A stretch of 42,140 bases of DNA from a virus (lineage: Duplodnaviria; Caudoviricetes). Each line of letters opens with the position of its first letter. Position 1 is the stretch's first letter. The position numbers were made by a program, and so were the translations under genes. The stretch covers positions 1 to 42,140 of the IMG/VR virus record IMGVR_UViG_3300042884_000608. The stretch is one strand, 5' to 3'. The notes under the pieces were generated by a model. It saw only the letters and a program-made list of their open reading frames with translations, ran no database searches and was not told the DNA's origin. Below, piece by piece: positions 25,432-34,107 of this stretch.

Positions 25432-27161
25432 TATTCAGCATTATTAAACTCATCCATATTAACTTCAGGAACTACATTACTTGCAACAGCATCAAAACGC
25501 GGCGCTAACTTTTTATCAATAGCTTCTTTAATAGCTGTGTATTCACTACCCATGATATCAAATCCTTCATCGTAATACAATTCAGTAACAGCATCAAAAA
25601 CAAATTGAGCGCTAATTGCATCCTTTTCTGTTATTTGGCCCGATGCTAACAAGTTAACGCGTTCATCTACTGTATAAAGATAAGCGCTGTTATACATAGC
25701 GCAAATGGTAGCTATTTGACGCGCTGTAGCATCAGCATTATAACGGCGGTCAACATAGCTTATATATGATTCGTAGCGTATAGCAGTAGGTAAGCCTTTC
25801 TGTGATAGGGCAAATTCTGCCATTAGTTCTGTTTCTGTTTTTAGGTCAAAACTAATAGGCGGATTTACAAAAATAGGACTTTCAGTATCCATAAAAACAA
25901 TAGCCTGAATTATACGCAACACTTCTTTATAACGTGCATAAACATCATCGCTAATTTTACCAACTTCTATATATTCAGGTTCGCGGTCTAATTCTTTTGC
26001 CACGCCCGATTGTGCAGCTTTAAGTGAACGGTTTATATTTAAAACTTGTTCCGCTTTGCCTAATGATTCTGTGGCCACCTTGTTTGTTTCCTGAATAGTT
26101 GAAACATCGGGGCTGTAATAGCGTATCGGTTCAACTTGTTGCTTATCGTTATCTCCAAACTTCGAAGTTGTAGGATTTAAGTTATAGGCTGCAAGCGGTG
26201 TTATGCTTAACGTTTTGCCATGCCCTAAACACGTTTTACATGTTATCGAAGTGTCATAATCATTTGGGTCTGGAACGCGGCCCACACCATTACAACTGTT
26301 ACAATCAACCCCCTCAACAAATTTAATAGGGAAGCATGTCGCAAGCATAACCGATTTATGCTGATTGTCAAATATAGCAGCATCATTAAGGTAAGGTATC
26401 GCAGGGCTAAAATCAGACTTATAAATTTTAAACGTATTGCCATAATTATCATATTTAGGTACAACGCGACCGCCTAAAGTTACCCACGGCATTATGCCGC
26501 TGTTATGTTCATAGATAACTTCAAACATTGTTTTATCACCATACGCGCGGGCCTGTGCGTAAAACATATCAGTAACAATGTGATAGTATAGCGGGTTTTC
26601 AATACCTAATGTAGCATATTTATTTTTTGATATGCCTTTATATATTAGTAGTCTGTATTCAGGGTCATTAAAAACAATCCTATCAGACTGAATTACTTTC
26701 ATATCTACATTAACGCGCACGTTATCCGATTCAATCCCTTCGCCTTTAGGTTCGATAAGTAGAACGGCGTTAGGGTCAAGTACGCGATTCGGAATAAAAA
26801 CAGAAAATATATAATTTTGTAAAGTAGAATCACCGAACTTTTCATTTTCGGCAAATTCTTTCATATCTGTATTTTCAAAACGTACAGAATGTTTTGCAGA
26901 ACTTAGCAACCTATGCAATTCGGTTATAGCTTTAACCAATGGCGATTCTGTTTTAGGCTGATAGGTATTTTTTCTATAAGCTAAAATCTGTTCATCTTCA
27001 TTTGGAAAAGCCTTATCCAACGCGGGCGGCACTTCACCGTAAAAATGCGGCTTAATGCTTTCATAAATACGTTTCCAATCCGCGCGAAATGGATGCACGG
27101 GCGGGTTTAGTATTGTAGCATTTACAGAATCTAAAAATTGATAAAACTGTTCTAAGTTCAT
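25431..27161 (-). CDS. Portal protein with inserted DnaJ-type zinc finger
   Basis: 576 aa; upstream of the minor head gene; CNSCNGVG and CKTCLGHG; QSGVAKELDRE. Confidence 0.8.
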   Translation of the reverse strand: MNLEQFYQFLDSVNATILNPPVHPFRADWKRIYESIKPHFYGEVPPALDKAFPNEDEQILAYRKNTYQPKTESPLVKAITELHRLLSSAKHSVRFENTDMKEFAENEKFGDSTLQNYIFSVFIPNRVLDPNAVLLIEPKGEGIESDNVRVNVDMKVIQSDRIVFNDPEYRLLIYKGISKNKYATLGIENPLYYHIVTDMFYAQARAYGDKTMFEVIYEHNSGIMPWVTLGGRVVPKYDNYGNTFKIYKSDFSPAIPYLNDAAIFDNQHKSVMLATCFPIKFVEGVDCNSCNGVGRVPDPNDYDTSITCKTCLGHGKTLSITPLAAYNLNPTTSKFGDNDKQQVEPIRYYSPDVSTIQETNKVATESLGKAEQVLNINRSLKAAQSGVAKELDREPEYIEVGKISDDVYARYKEVLRIIQAIVFMDTESPIFVNPPISFDLKTETELMAEFALSQKGLPTAIRYESYISYVDRRYNADATARQIATICAMYNSAYLYTVDERVNLLASGQITEKDAISAQFVFDAVTELYYDEGFDIMGSEYTAIKEAIDKKLAPRFDAVASNVVPEVNMDEFNNAE

Positions 27162-27178
27162 TATATTTAATTTTAAAT

Positions 27179-27205
27179 AGGGCGGCTACATTAAATAACC
27201 GCCCT
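27179..27205 (-). terminator. Hairpin/terminator after the tail tube gene
   Basis: AGGGCGG/CCGCCCT stem. Confidence 0.65.
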
Positions 27206-27213
27206 TATAAATA

Positions 27214-28092
27214 CTATGGTGTAATTGTAATTACAAGTGAACCAGTTACGCCCGAAGCATCGTTAGCCGTTGCGATAACAGTAACTAAGCCTGCGCCCGT
27301 AGCAGTAAGTAAACCACCACCGCTAATAGTTGCCGTACCTGTGCCGTTAACAACAGACCATGTAACAGTAGCATCAGTAGCGTTCAATGGCAGAATAGCA
27401 GCAAGCATTTGCAATGTAAGACCATCGCCAACAGTTGTAACGTTACCTGTACCTGTTACAGCAATTGAAGTAACCCAACAAACGTTATAAGGCAATGTTA
27501 ACAAGAAGTCCAAAGACAATTGGCTAAATGTACCTAATTGTTCATTGTATCTAAATTCAACAGTCCAATAAGCATCGTCTTCGTCAGTTTCTGCAATCTG
27601 ATAGAACGGGCGAACAGTTACGTTTGAATACCAACCTAAGAAACGGCCATCGCAAGTTACAAAACCAAATTCATAACCCGCAGCTTTAGCAGGATTTGAA
27701 AGGAAGTTATAAAGACCGTCAATAGTAAATGTAAGGTCATTTTCTGCATCAGTAAGTGAAACAACACGCGACTGTTTTACTACTTCTTCTTGTCCGCAGC
27801 TACCGCGTTTTTTAGTAGTAAATTCAGGTGCAGGCAAACCACCGCTAATACGTGAACCGTTTACGCGGCCATAAACATCCTTGTTAGCTATTGCAGTTTC
27901 CCATTCAGTAGAATCTGTAATATCAGCAAATTCGTAATTACATTTTTTTGCAAACCAACCAGCGATACCACCTGAATAAACAGTTGAATCGCACGGGTCG
28001 CATAAGTAGTTAGGGGCGTTATCCTCGTCTATACAAGGCGGGCAAACACCGAAAGCGCCCAAAAACCCATTTATAAAAGAAATATTATTCAT
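27214..28092 (-). CDS. Major tail (tube) protein with C-terminal Ig-like Big_2 domain
   Basis: VTSIAVT...LQM.AAILP.NATD.TVTWSV...GLLTA...G.VTV.ATA.D.SG; ATG 28092 preferred. Confidence 0.75.
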   Translation of the reverse strand: MNNISFINGFLGAFGVCPPCIDEDNAPNYLCDPCDSTVYSGGIAGWFAKKCNYEFADITDSTEWETAIANKDVYGRVNGSRISGGLPAPEFTTKKRGSCGQEEVVKQSRVVSLTDAENDLTFTIDGLYNFLSNPAKAAGYEFGFVTCDGRFLGWYSNVTVRPFYQIAETDEDDAYWTVEFRYNEQLGTFSQLSLDFLLTLPYNVCWVTSIAVTGTGNVTTVGDGLTLQMLAAILPLNATDATVTWSVVNGTGTATISGGGLLTATGAGLVTVIATANDASGVTGSLVITITP

Positions 28093-28130
28093 GTTTTTTG
28101 TTTTTAAAATATTTGTAAATGAATACGACC

Positions 28131-29084
28131 TCACCTACATTGCTTGTTATCTAATCGACATCTTTTATCAAATGTCAGGTCTAACAAAAACATACGGTTG
28201 TCTTCAGGTTTAGAATCATATCTAAAGTTTTGATACTGCACACCATCTACAGTTACATAATTGCCTCTCACAGCTTGTTGTAGTAACTTAATGTAAAACG
28301 GTGGCACAGCGCCCGAAATAATACCGTAATTTTCTGTTATATCTTTACTGATAACTACATTTCTGTCATTTTCTGTTATCGCTTCAGTATCTCCAAAGAA
28401 CTCAACAGTTCCAAAGATGCGAAGCGAATTATAAAACGGCGTATTATTAGAACCTAAAAAGTTAGTCAAAGTTCCGTAAAAATTACCGTTGCAATCATAA
28501 CTTGCGTATGTGCTATAAATTAGCGAAGTGTCGTTTAAGTTTCCACAGCCTTCAACTTTTTTATAGTATTCGCTATAAAGTCTTTTATCTAATTCAGGTT
28601 CTAAGGTTATCTGATTTATTTTGTAATAGTCAATATACAATCTAAAGCAATCCAAATCAGCAGGGAACAAACCCGTATTAACAAACCATGTTTGTATGCT
28701 GCCTGTTGCAAGGCTTTGCCCTACATGATAACTATCTGAAAAGTCATCTATAAATTCACTTATTAGTGTACCGCAACAATCATATAAGCTAACTACTACG
28801 TAATGTGAAGCGCTTGTACTTGTTTGAAATCCTGCAACCAAAACGCTGTTAGGCTGATTATACAAATCAGTAACTTGCGTTTGAAACGGTATAATATCGC
28901 CCTGTACATAAGGAATATAAAACGGCAAATCAGAACCGCACAAATTACAGTTCCATGCATCTCTTACATGTTGCATTAAGTTACCAGGCAAAATAGGACA
29001 AGCATACCGAATCGGTACAGGCTGCCTAAAAGAATATGTCCTACTTATTTCGGGCGTATATGAAACAGGATAATTTACTAACAT
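28131..29084 (-). CDS. Tail structural protein
   Basis: Cys/Tyr-rich ORF in the tail module; ATG 29084 lies downstream of a -7 element. Confidence 0.6.
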   Translation of the reverse strand: MLVNYPVSYTPEISRTYSFRQPVPIRYACPILPGNLMQHVRDAWNCNLCGSDLPFYIPYVQGDIIPFQTQVTDLYNQPNSVLVAGFQTSTSASHYVVVSLYDCCGTLISEFIDDFSDSYHVGQSLATGSIQTWFVNTGLFPADLDCFRLYIDYYKINQITLEPELDKRLYSEYYKKVEGCGNLNDTSLIYSTYASYDCNGNFYGTLTNFLGSNNTPFYNSLRIFGTVEFFGDTEAITENDRNVVISKDITENYGIISGAVPPFYIKLLQQAVRGNYVTVDGVQYQNFRYDSKPEDNRMFLLDLTFDKRCRLDNKQCR

Positions 29085-29091
29085 ATATTTG

Positions 29092-29099
29092 CAAAGATA
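29092..29099 (-). promoter_or_regulatory. -7 promoter element
   Basis: TATCTTTG on - strand in an AT-rich gap. Confidence 0.6.
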
Positions 29100-29124
29100 C
29101 AAATAAAAATTAAATTAAAAAATT

Positions 29125-31575
29125 TTAACCTAAATCACTACACTTATAGTTATTATCAAAAGTAACGATAGGTATTAAACTTGGTGCAGGTATTGGAACG
29201 GGCATTAAAATTTCGTGTCTTATTGTGTGCGGGCCTGTGCCTGGGTCAAAATCAGCATCAACTATAAACCTATAATAAGCTATTGGAATTGTATCGCTAA
29301 TTTTTATAGCTGTTACAATATTGCCCGCGTAACTTAAAACGCCTATGGGGCTATTTGCGTTATCGACAAAGTTATTTTGAACAACATTTATACCGCCTAC
29401 ATAATCGGGGTGTGCTAATATTTCAGCTATTACGGCTGTGGGATTGCCTGTAATTGTCCACAAAGGTAAAACGCCAACAGTTCTATAAGTCGATGTGCTT
29501 GTAAGCGCAACTAAGCCGATAGGGCAATAATCGGGGATTTGCTGATATGCAATACCTGTAACCCAATAGCGTTGGCCTTGTGTTAATTGCTGTACGTTTA
29601 TTTTGAAAATAGCTAAGTCATTAACCCCAAATGAAGCATCGACATCGTCAAGTTTTCCACTAACTAACTGTTGCATTTGCACAACAATAGGCTGCCAACT
29701 TGATTCTTCTTCAATTGCATTGTTATTTGTATCGCCTAATTCGTTTGCAGGGTAAATGGTAGCAATGAAGTTTATTGACCCTGTGAAGGTTGGGTCTTTT
29801 TCTACTTCTGCAATAATTTGGTCGGCATCGCAAATATCAATTATTTCGGTTTTAATGCCTAAAATATAATCCGCTAAATCGTAAAATTTAATGCTTAATA
29901 AATTTGGCGTTATTGCATCATTTTCAAAAACATCGACATCTAATTTTTGAACAAAATCTATTTGTGTAAATTGTGTTATACCATTTGTTGTAGTCGGCTG
30001 ATTTAAACTAATAGTCCATGTTATTTCAGTCGATGTGCCTGCATATTCTTCAGCTATTCTAAAGATACAATCTAAAACTAAATCCGTTGCATCATTGGTT
30101 ATAATAGTCATATCAGCCGTTGTAATTGGTGGCGCGGCAGGTATTAAACCCTGCACTTGGTTAACAACGCCTGGCACATTTGTAAGCCTGCAAATAATGC
30201 CCGCTAAACTTCCATCAAAACTACCTACTAAGCCAATAGCATTTAGCGCCGTTACATAGCTTGCTTTATCAATTGCTAAACGGGCCTTAATACGTTGGTG
30301 CGGCGCTATTGTTAATTCGTTCCCGCTGTACTCAGTATTGTAAGTGCTAATAAATCCTGTTAACGTTGGTATTGCAGGCGCTGTGTATGTGGCAGTTAAT
30401 AATGGGCTTAAATGTGAAGTTACATATTCAGGATTTGCGCTGTCATGAATATTTACTACTATATAATATTGCCCGTTTATTTGTAGCTGTGAACCATCGA
30501 TAGTAAATTGAACTTCTATGTCATCGGGATTTGGTACATCTTCAAACCAATCAGAAGGCGAATAAATAGCGCCGTTTAGTTGACCGCTGCCAGGCGTTGC
30601 TTGTGGTATTACGGCATCAGATAATTGTAAGTCAGTAACAAAGTCTGTATTATTTAAAGCCGTGTCAACTCTAAAAAGCAAAACGCGAATATCTGTTATT
30701 GCAGGATTTGCAATTGAGCCGTTGTATGCTTCGCCTCTTAATAATATTCTTACTGAATTATCTTCACCTACTGCTAACTGATTATTTATAACGGTAAAAA
30801 TAGCGTTTGGTATTGTTGCTAAATTTGGCTGTGCGGCTGTTGCTGTTGCATCTGTAAGTAGTGGCAAACTTGCAGCTAATTGAGATGCTGAACTAATTTC
30901 AAGTGTGTTAATATATCGCATCAATAAGCTATACCCTAAATAGTCGGAATTATACCAACGGGCATCTACAAGTATGTTTGCAAATCTTGCGCCAACGGGA
31001 GTAGTTACAACCATGTCAAAACCTGCTGAATCAAAAACTTTACAGCCTAAACTTAAATTTTTTGTTTGGTTGTAAACTATTTGACCTATGTTATTAGGCA
31101 AACCTAAAGAACTTGACGCTAAAAATCTATTGACATTTGAATTAGATGAATTGCCAAATATAAAGTTAGTAGTATCATTTGTAACGTAAAATTCAAAAAC
31201 TACTGTGGCCTCATCATGTGGTGCAGTATTCTTTGACATCTCACAATAAATATTTTGCAGCGTCGGTATAGGAACATTTAAAACAGCTTGTTGCGGCGTG
31301 GTACTTAATGGGTTTAATGTTTCATATCCAAAATCTAAAGCGTTAATAGGATTAGATAATACATAAAGACCTGGGTTAAATCTTAGTTGTTTATTTAAAA
31401 AGCTATTAGCGCCCGAACTGTTAATAGTAAATGTTAGTCGAACTTTTATTCCTATTGCTAAGCCTTCCACAGGCACGGCAGGTAAAGTTGCAGCCGTAAA
31501 CGTTGCAATGTTATATAAAACAGTTCCGCTGCTATCAATGCAATCTAATTGTATATTATCGTAAGTATAAGCCAT
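29125..31575 (-). CDS. Large tail tip/baseplate protein
   Basis: 816 aa, acidic, beta-rich, in the tail module. Confidence 0.65.
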   Translation of the reverse strand: MAYTYDNIQLDCIDSSGTVLYNIATFTAATLPAVPVEGLAIGIKVRLTFTINSSGANSFLNKQLRFNPGLYVLSNPINALDFGYETLNPLSTTPQQAVLNVPIPTLQNIYCEMSKNTAPHDEATVVFEFYVTNDTTNFIFGNSSNSNVNRFLASSSLGLPNNIGQIVYNQTKNLSLGCKVFDSAGFDMVVTTPVGARFANILVDARWYNSDYLGYSLLMRYINTLEISSASQLAASLPLLTDATATAAQPNLATIPNAIFTVINNQLAVGEDNSVRILLRGEAYNGSIANPAITDIRVLLFRVDTALNNTDFVTDLQLSDAVIPQATPGSGQLNGAIYSPSDWFEDVPNPDDIEVQFTIDGSQLQINGQYYIVVNIHDSANPEYVTSHLSPLLTATYTAPAIPTLTGFISTYNTEYSGNELTIAPHQRIKARLAIDKASYVTALNAIGLVGSFDGSLAGIICRLTNVPGVVNQVQGLIPAAPPITTADMTIITNDATDLVLDCIFRIAEEYAGTSTEITWTISLNQPTTTNGITQFTQIDFVQKLDVDVFENDAITPNLLSIKFYDLADYILGIKTEIIDICDADQIIAEVEKDPTFTGSINFIATIYPANELGDTNNNAIEEESSWQPIVVQMQQLVSGKLDDVDASFGVNDLAIFKINVQQLTQGQRYWVTGIAYQQIPDYCPIGLVALTSTSTYRTVGVLPLWTITGNPTAVIAEILAHPDYVGGINVVQNNFVDNANSPIGVLSYAGNIVTAIKISDTIPIAYYRFIVDADFDPGTGPHTIRHEILMPVPIPAPSLIPIVTFDNNYKCSDLG

Positions 31576-33272
31576 TAAATTAAGCCTTGTATAGTTAATG
31601 AATTATTATTTGTATCGTAAGTTATTTCAGTTATTTGAACTTGACCCTGCGAAGTTGTAACGTATTTATCAATGTCTAAAGTAGTAAGTAAATCGCAATC
31701 CGCTGTAATTGATATAGTAACTTTGCGCGTTTTTACAGATGTGAGGCGCGGGTCATCGATAAAGAATAGTTTTTGGTAGGCGGTGTCGTATGATGTGCCA
31801 GCGCCATCTACAAACGGCAATTCTTTTACGTACCATTTGTAATTATATGCCCGTTTGCCATTTGGCATTGCTGCAACATCGGGAACAGCTATACCACGTT
31901 CAATTATATTATTGTTTATGTTCTGATTTAAAACTTCACGTAAACCAATTAACTTTGGGAATGCTGATATACCCTTTTCCAAAAACATCGCTAATTCATT
32001 TTCTACTGATTGAACAAAAGGATAAAACGCTACATAAAATGGCTTATCAATTGGGTTAACATCGGGGGCGTTAAAATCAAACCTAAATTGTGATGCTGAA
32101 AATGTAAAATTTTTACTAAATAATCCTGTTTGCTGTGGGTTATTTGTAGGATTCCAATCTATAACGCGGTCAGTCCATCGCTTTGCAACTTCATCGCCGC
32201 TATTATCAATACCGTCTTTAGGGTATTCATATTCAGCATAGCTTGCAGGGCGTTGTCCTAATGATTCATAACAAATAGATAGTAATTGATTTTCTGCTAA
32301 ATTATCAGTATTAAACCATTCAACACCTACAAAATAATCTTTGCGCTCAATCTGTAAAACGCCGTTAATAACACGCCATTCAATATTCCATTGTTTTAGG
32401 TCATCTAAAAATTGAATGCCATTTAAATTAGCCTTATTATCATTTCTTGCACTTGTATCTTTTGGTAATTCTTGCGGCAAAACTCCAAGGTTACCATTCA
32501 CAAAACCAATATCCATTCTTACCGTATCATGATAATAACCGCCAACGTTAAATAAACTTGACTGATAACCGATATTGCACAATTTGCAAAGGTTTTTAAA
32601 TTGGCTATCTAAATAAGGCGCTGTATGCCTGCGACCGCAACCGACAATAAAATTGCTTAACCCTTCAAAAATATTTAAGTTATTGCCTATTGCAATATTT
32701 AATAATTGAGCAAATAATAATAAAGGCGCTGACCATATAAAAATAAATATCCCTATAATCATTATCGCTTCTTGCGTTCCGCTTGGCTTAACATCATTAC
32801 AATAATACATCCAGGGCGCATATCTAAACTCATCTATTCCAAGGGTGCTAATATTATTATCTTTGTTTACAATGTCCCACGGAAAATGATTTTTTAAACA
32901 TCTTATAGCTTCAGCATCTACACTATTATCTACTACGGTAACTTGTGCCTCACATGTCGGAAACGTACACCAACGTACAGAACCGCCTTCAATTTTGCCC
33001 GTAAATAATAAACGGTCTGAGCCATCGGTATTAGTACAGCATGTATCGTAAATCAATACTTGTATAGCTGCAATATTTGGATTTGGCGCGTTTATTATTT
33101 GCTGTCTGACATATTCGTAGGTATCGCCAACTACTGTTAATTCAGGGGCAAAACTAAATGCAGAATCGCCCGCTTCATCTTTGCGGCGAAAAACAAAACT
33201 TGCAGATTCAGTACCATTGAAGTTATCTAAGTCCTGAGGAATCCCATCAAAAAATATTAGTAAGCCGTTCAT
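31575..33272 (-). CDS. Tail hub/distal tail protein
   Basis: 565 aa downstream of tape measure; contains one long hydrophobic stretch. Confidence 0.6.
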   Translation of the reverse strand: MNGLLIFFDGIPQDLDNFNGTESASFVFRRKDEAGDSAFSFAPELTVVGDTYEYVRQQIINAPNPNIAAIQVLIYDTCCTNTDGSDRLLFTGKIEGGSVRWCTFPTCEAQVTVVDNSVDAEAIRCLKNHFPWDIVNKDNNISTLGIDEFRYAPWMYYCNDVKPSGTQEAIMIIGIFIFIWSAPLLLFAQLLNIAIGNNLNIFEGLSNFIVGCGRRHTAPYLDSQFKNLCKLCNIGYQSSLFNVGGYYHDTVRMDIGFVNGNLGVLPQELPKDTSARNDNKANLNGIQFLDDLKQWNIEWRVINGVLQIERKDYFVGVEWFNTDNLAENQLLSICYESLGQRPASYAEYEYPKDGIDNSGDEVAKRWTDRVIDWNPTNNPQQTGLFSKNFTFSASQFRFDFNAPDVNPIDKPFYVAFYPFVQSVENELAMFLEKGISAFPKLIGLREVLNQNINNNIIERGIAVPDVAAMPNGKRAYNYKWYVKELPFVDGAGTSYDTAYQKLFFIDDPRLTSVKTRKVTISITADCDLLTTLDIDKYVTTSQGQVQITEITYDTNNNSLTIQGLI

Positions 33273-33715
33273 TTAAATATTGAATATGTTAACGCGCCCA
33301 AAGATACACTAATAAACGCGTAAGTTGTTATTTTCCACACTTTTTTAAGACGCTTTTCTTTTTTGATTTGCTTTGCATAGTCATTACATATTACATTGCC
33401 GCGTTCATAACTTTCAATCATAGCATCTTTTAATTTTAGCATGTCGTTTTGCATATTATATTGTACTTTCATGGCTGAAATAACCATTTCTGCATTATAT
33501 AATATACTATCACAGGTTTCAAGTTTGCCAGCGTATTTCTTATATGTTTCTAAACTATCAAAACGTGCGGCGATAAATTCTGCATAGTCACGACTAATTA
33601 AAAAACCATTATCTACCTTTGTAATCTGACAGGAGGCGACCAATGAGCAAAGTGTCAGTAGCGTTTCTATAATTAACACTCGGTATTTGAATAATCTTAA
33701 TTCTGTGTAAGTCAT
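33269..33715 (-). CDS. Spanin-like protein (lipobox plus C-terminal TM)
   Basis: TLLTLCSLVASC signal, coiled coil, ITTYAFISVSLGALTYSIF. Confidence 0.55.
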   Translation of the reverse strand: MTYTELRLFKYRVLIIETLLTLCSLVASCQITKVDNGFLISRDYAEFIAARFDSLETYKKYAGKLETCDSILYNAEMVISAMKVQYNMQNDMLKLKDAMIESYERGNVICNDYAKQIKKEKRLKKVWKITTYAFISVSLGALTYSIFK

Positions 33716-33950
33716 ATCTAAAGTGTTTTATTTGTTTGTCTAATGCTGATTGCATCGTATCTATATGCGCTTGCAGGCTATCCGATTTTGTCACAAATTT
33801 AGCATATATTTGCGACAAACTGTCACGGGTTCGCTGTTCGTTTTCAAGTAGTTGCTTATGTAATTTTTGCGCAGGGGTAATGGCAACAAAACAGATAACA
33901 CTAACAGTAATTGCAACGGCAACCGATATAATAACAATCTGTTTTATCAT
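33609..33950 (-). CDS. Inner-membrane spanin-like protein
   Basis: N-terminal TM plus coiled coil; overlaps the next gene by 107 nt as Rz/Rz1-like pairs do. Confidence 0.55.
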   Translation of the reverse strand: MIKQIVIISVAVAITVSVICFVAITPAQKLHKQLLENEQRTRDSLSQIYAKFVTKSDSLQAHIDTMQSALDKQIKHFRYDLHRIKIIQIPSVNYRNATDTLLIGRLLSDYKGR

Positions 33951-34072
33951 TTCTTAACAGTATTTAAAGCGATTGCCACCGCTTGTTCTTGTGGGTAGCC
34001 TTCAGCAACTAACTGCTTAATAACTTTTGAAATACATTTGTTATCGCCTGGGATACATTTTTTGATTGGCAT
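33947..34072 (-). CDS. Small conserved phage protein (not in ORF track)
   Basis: MPIKKCIPGDNKCISKVIKQLVAEGYPQEQAVAIALNTVKK*. Confidence 0.7.
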   Translation of the reverse strand: MPIKKCIPGDNKCISKVIKQLVAEGYPQEQAVAIALNTVKK

Positions 34073-34107
34073 AATTCATAATGTTTAAATATTTATACAA
34101 AAGCATG

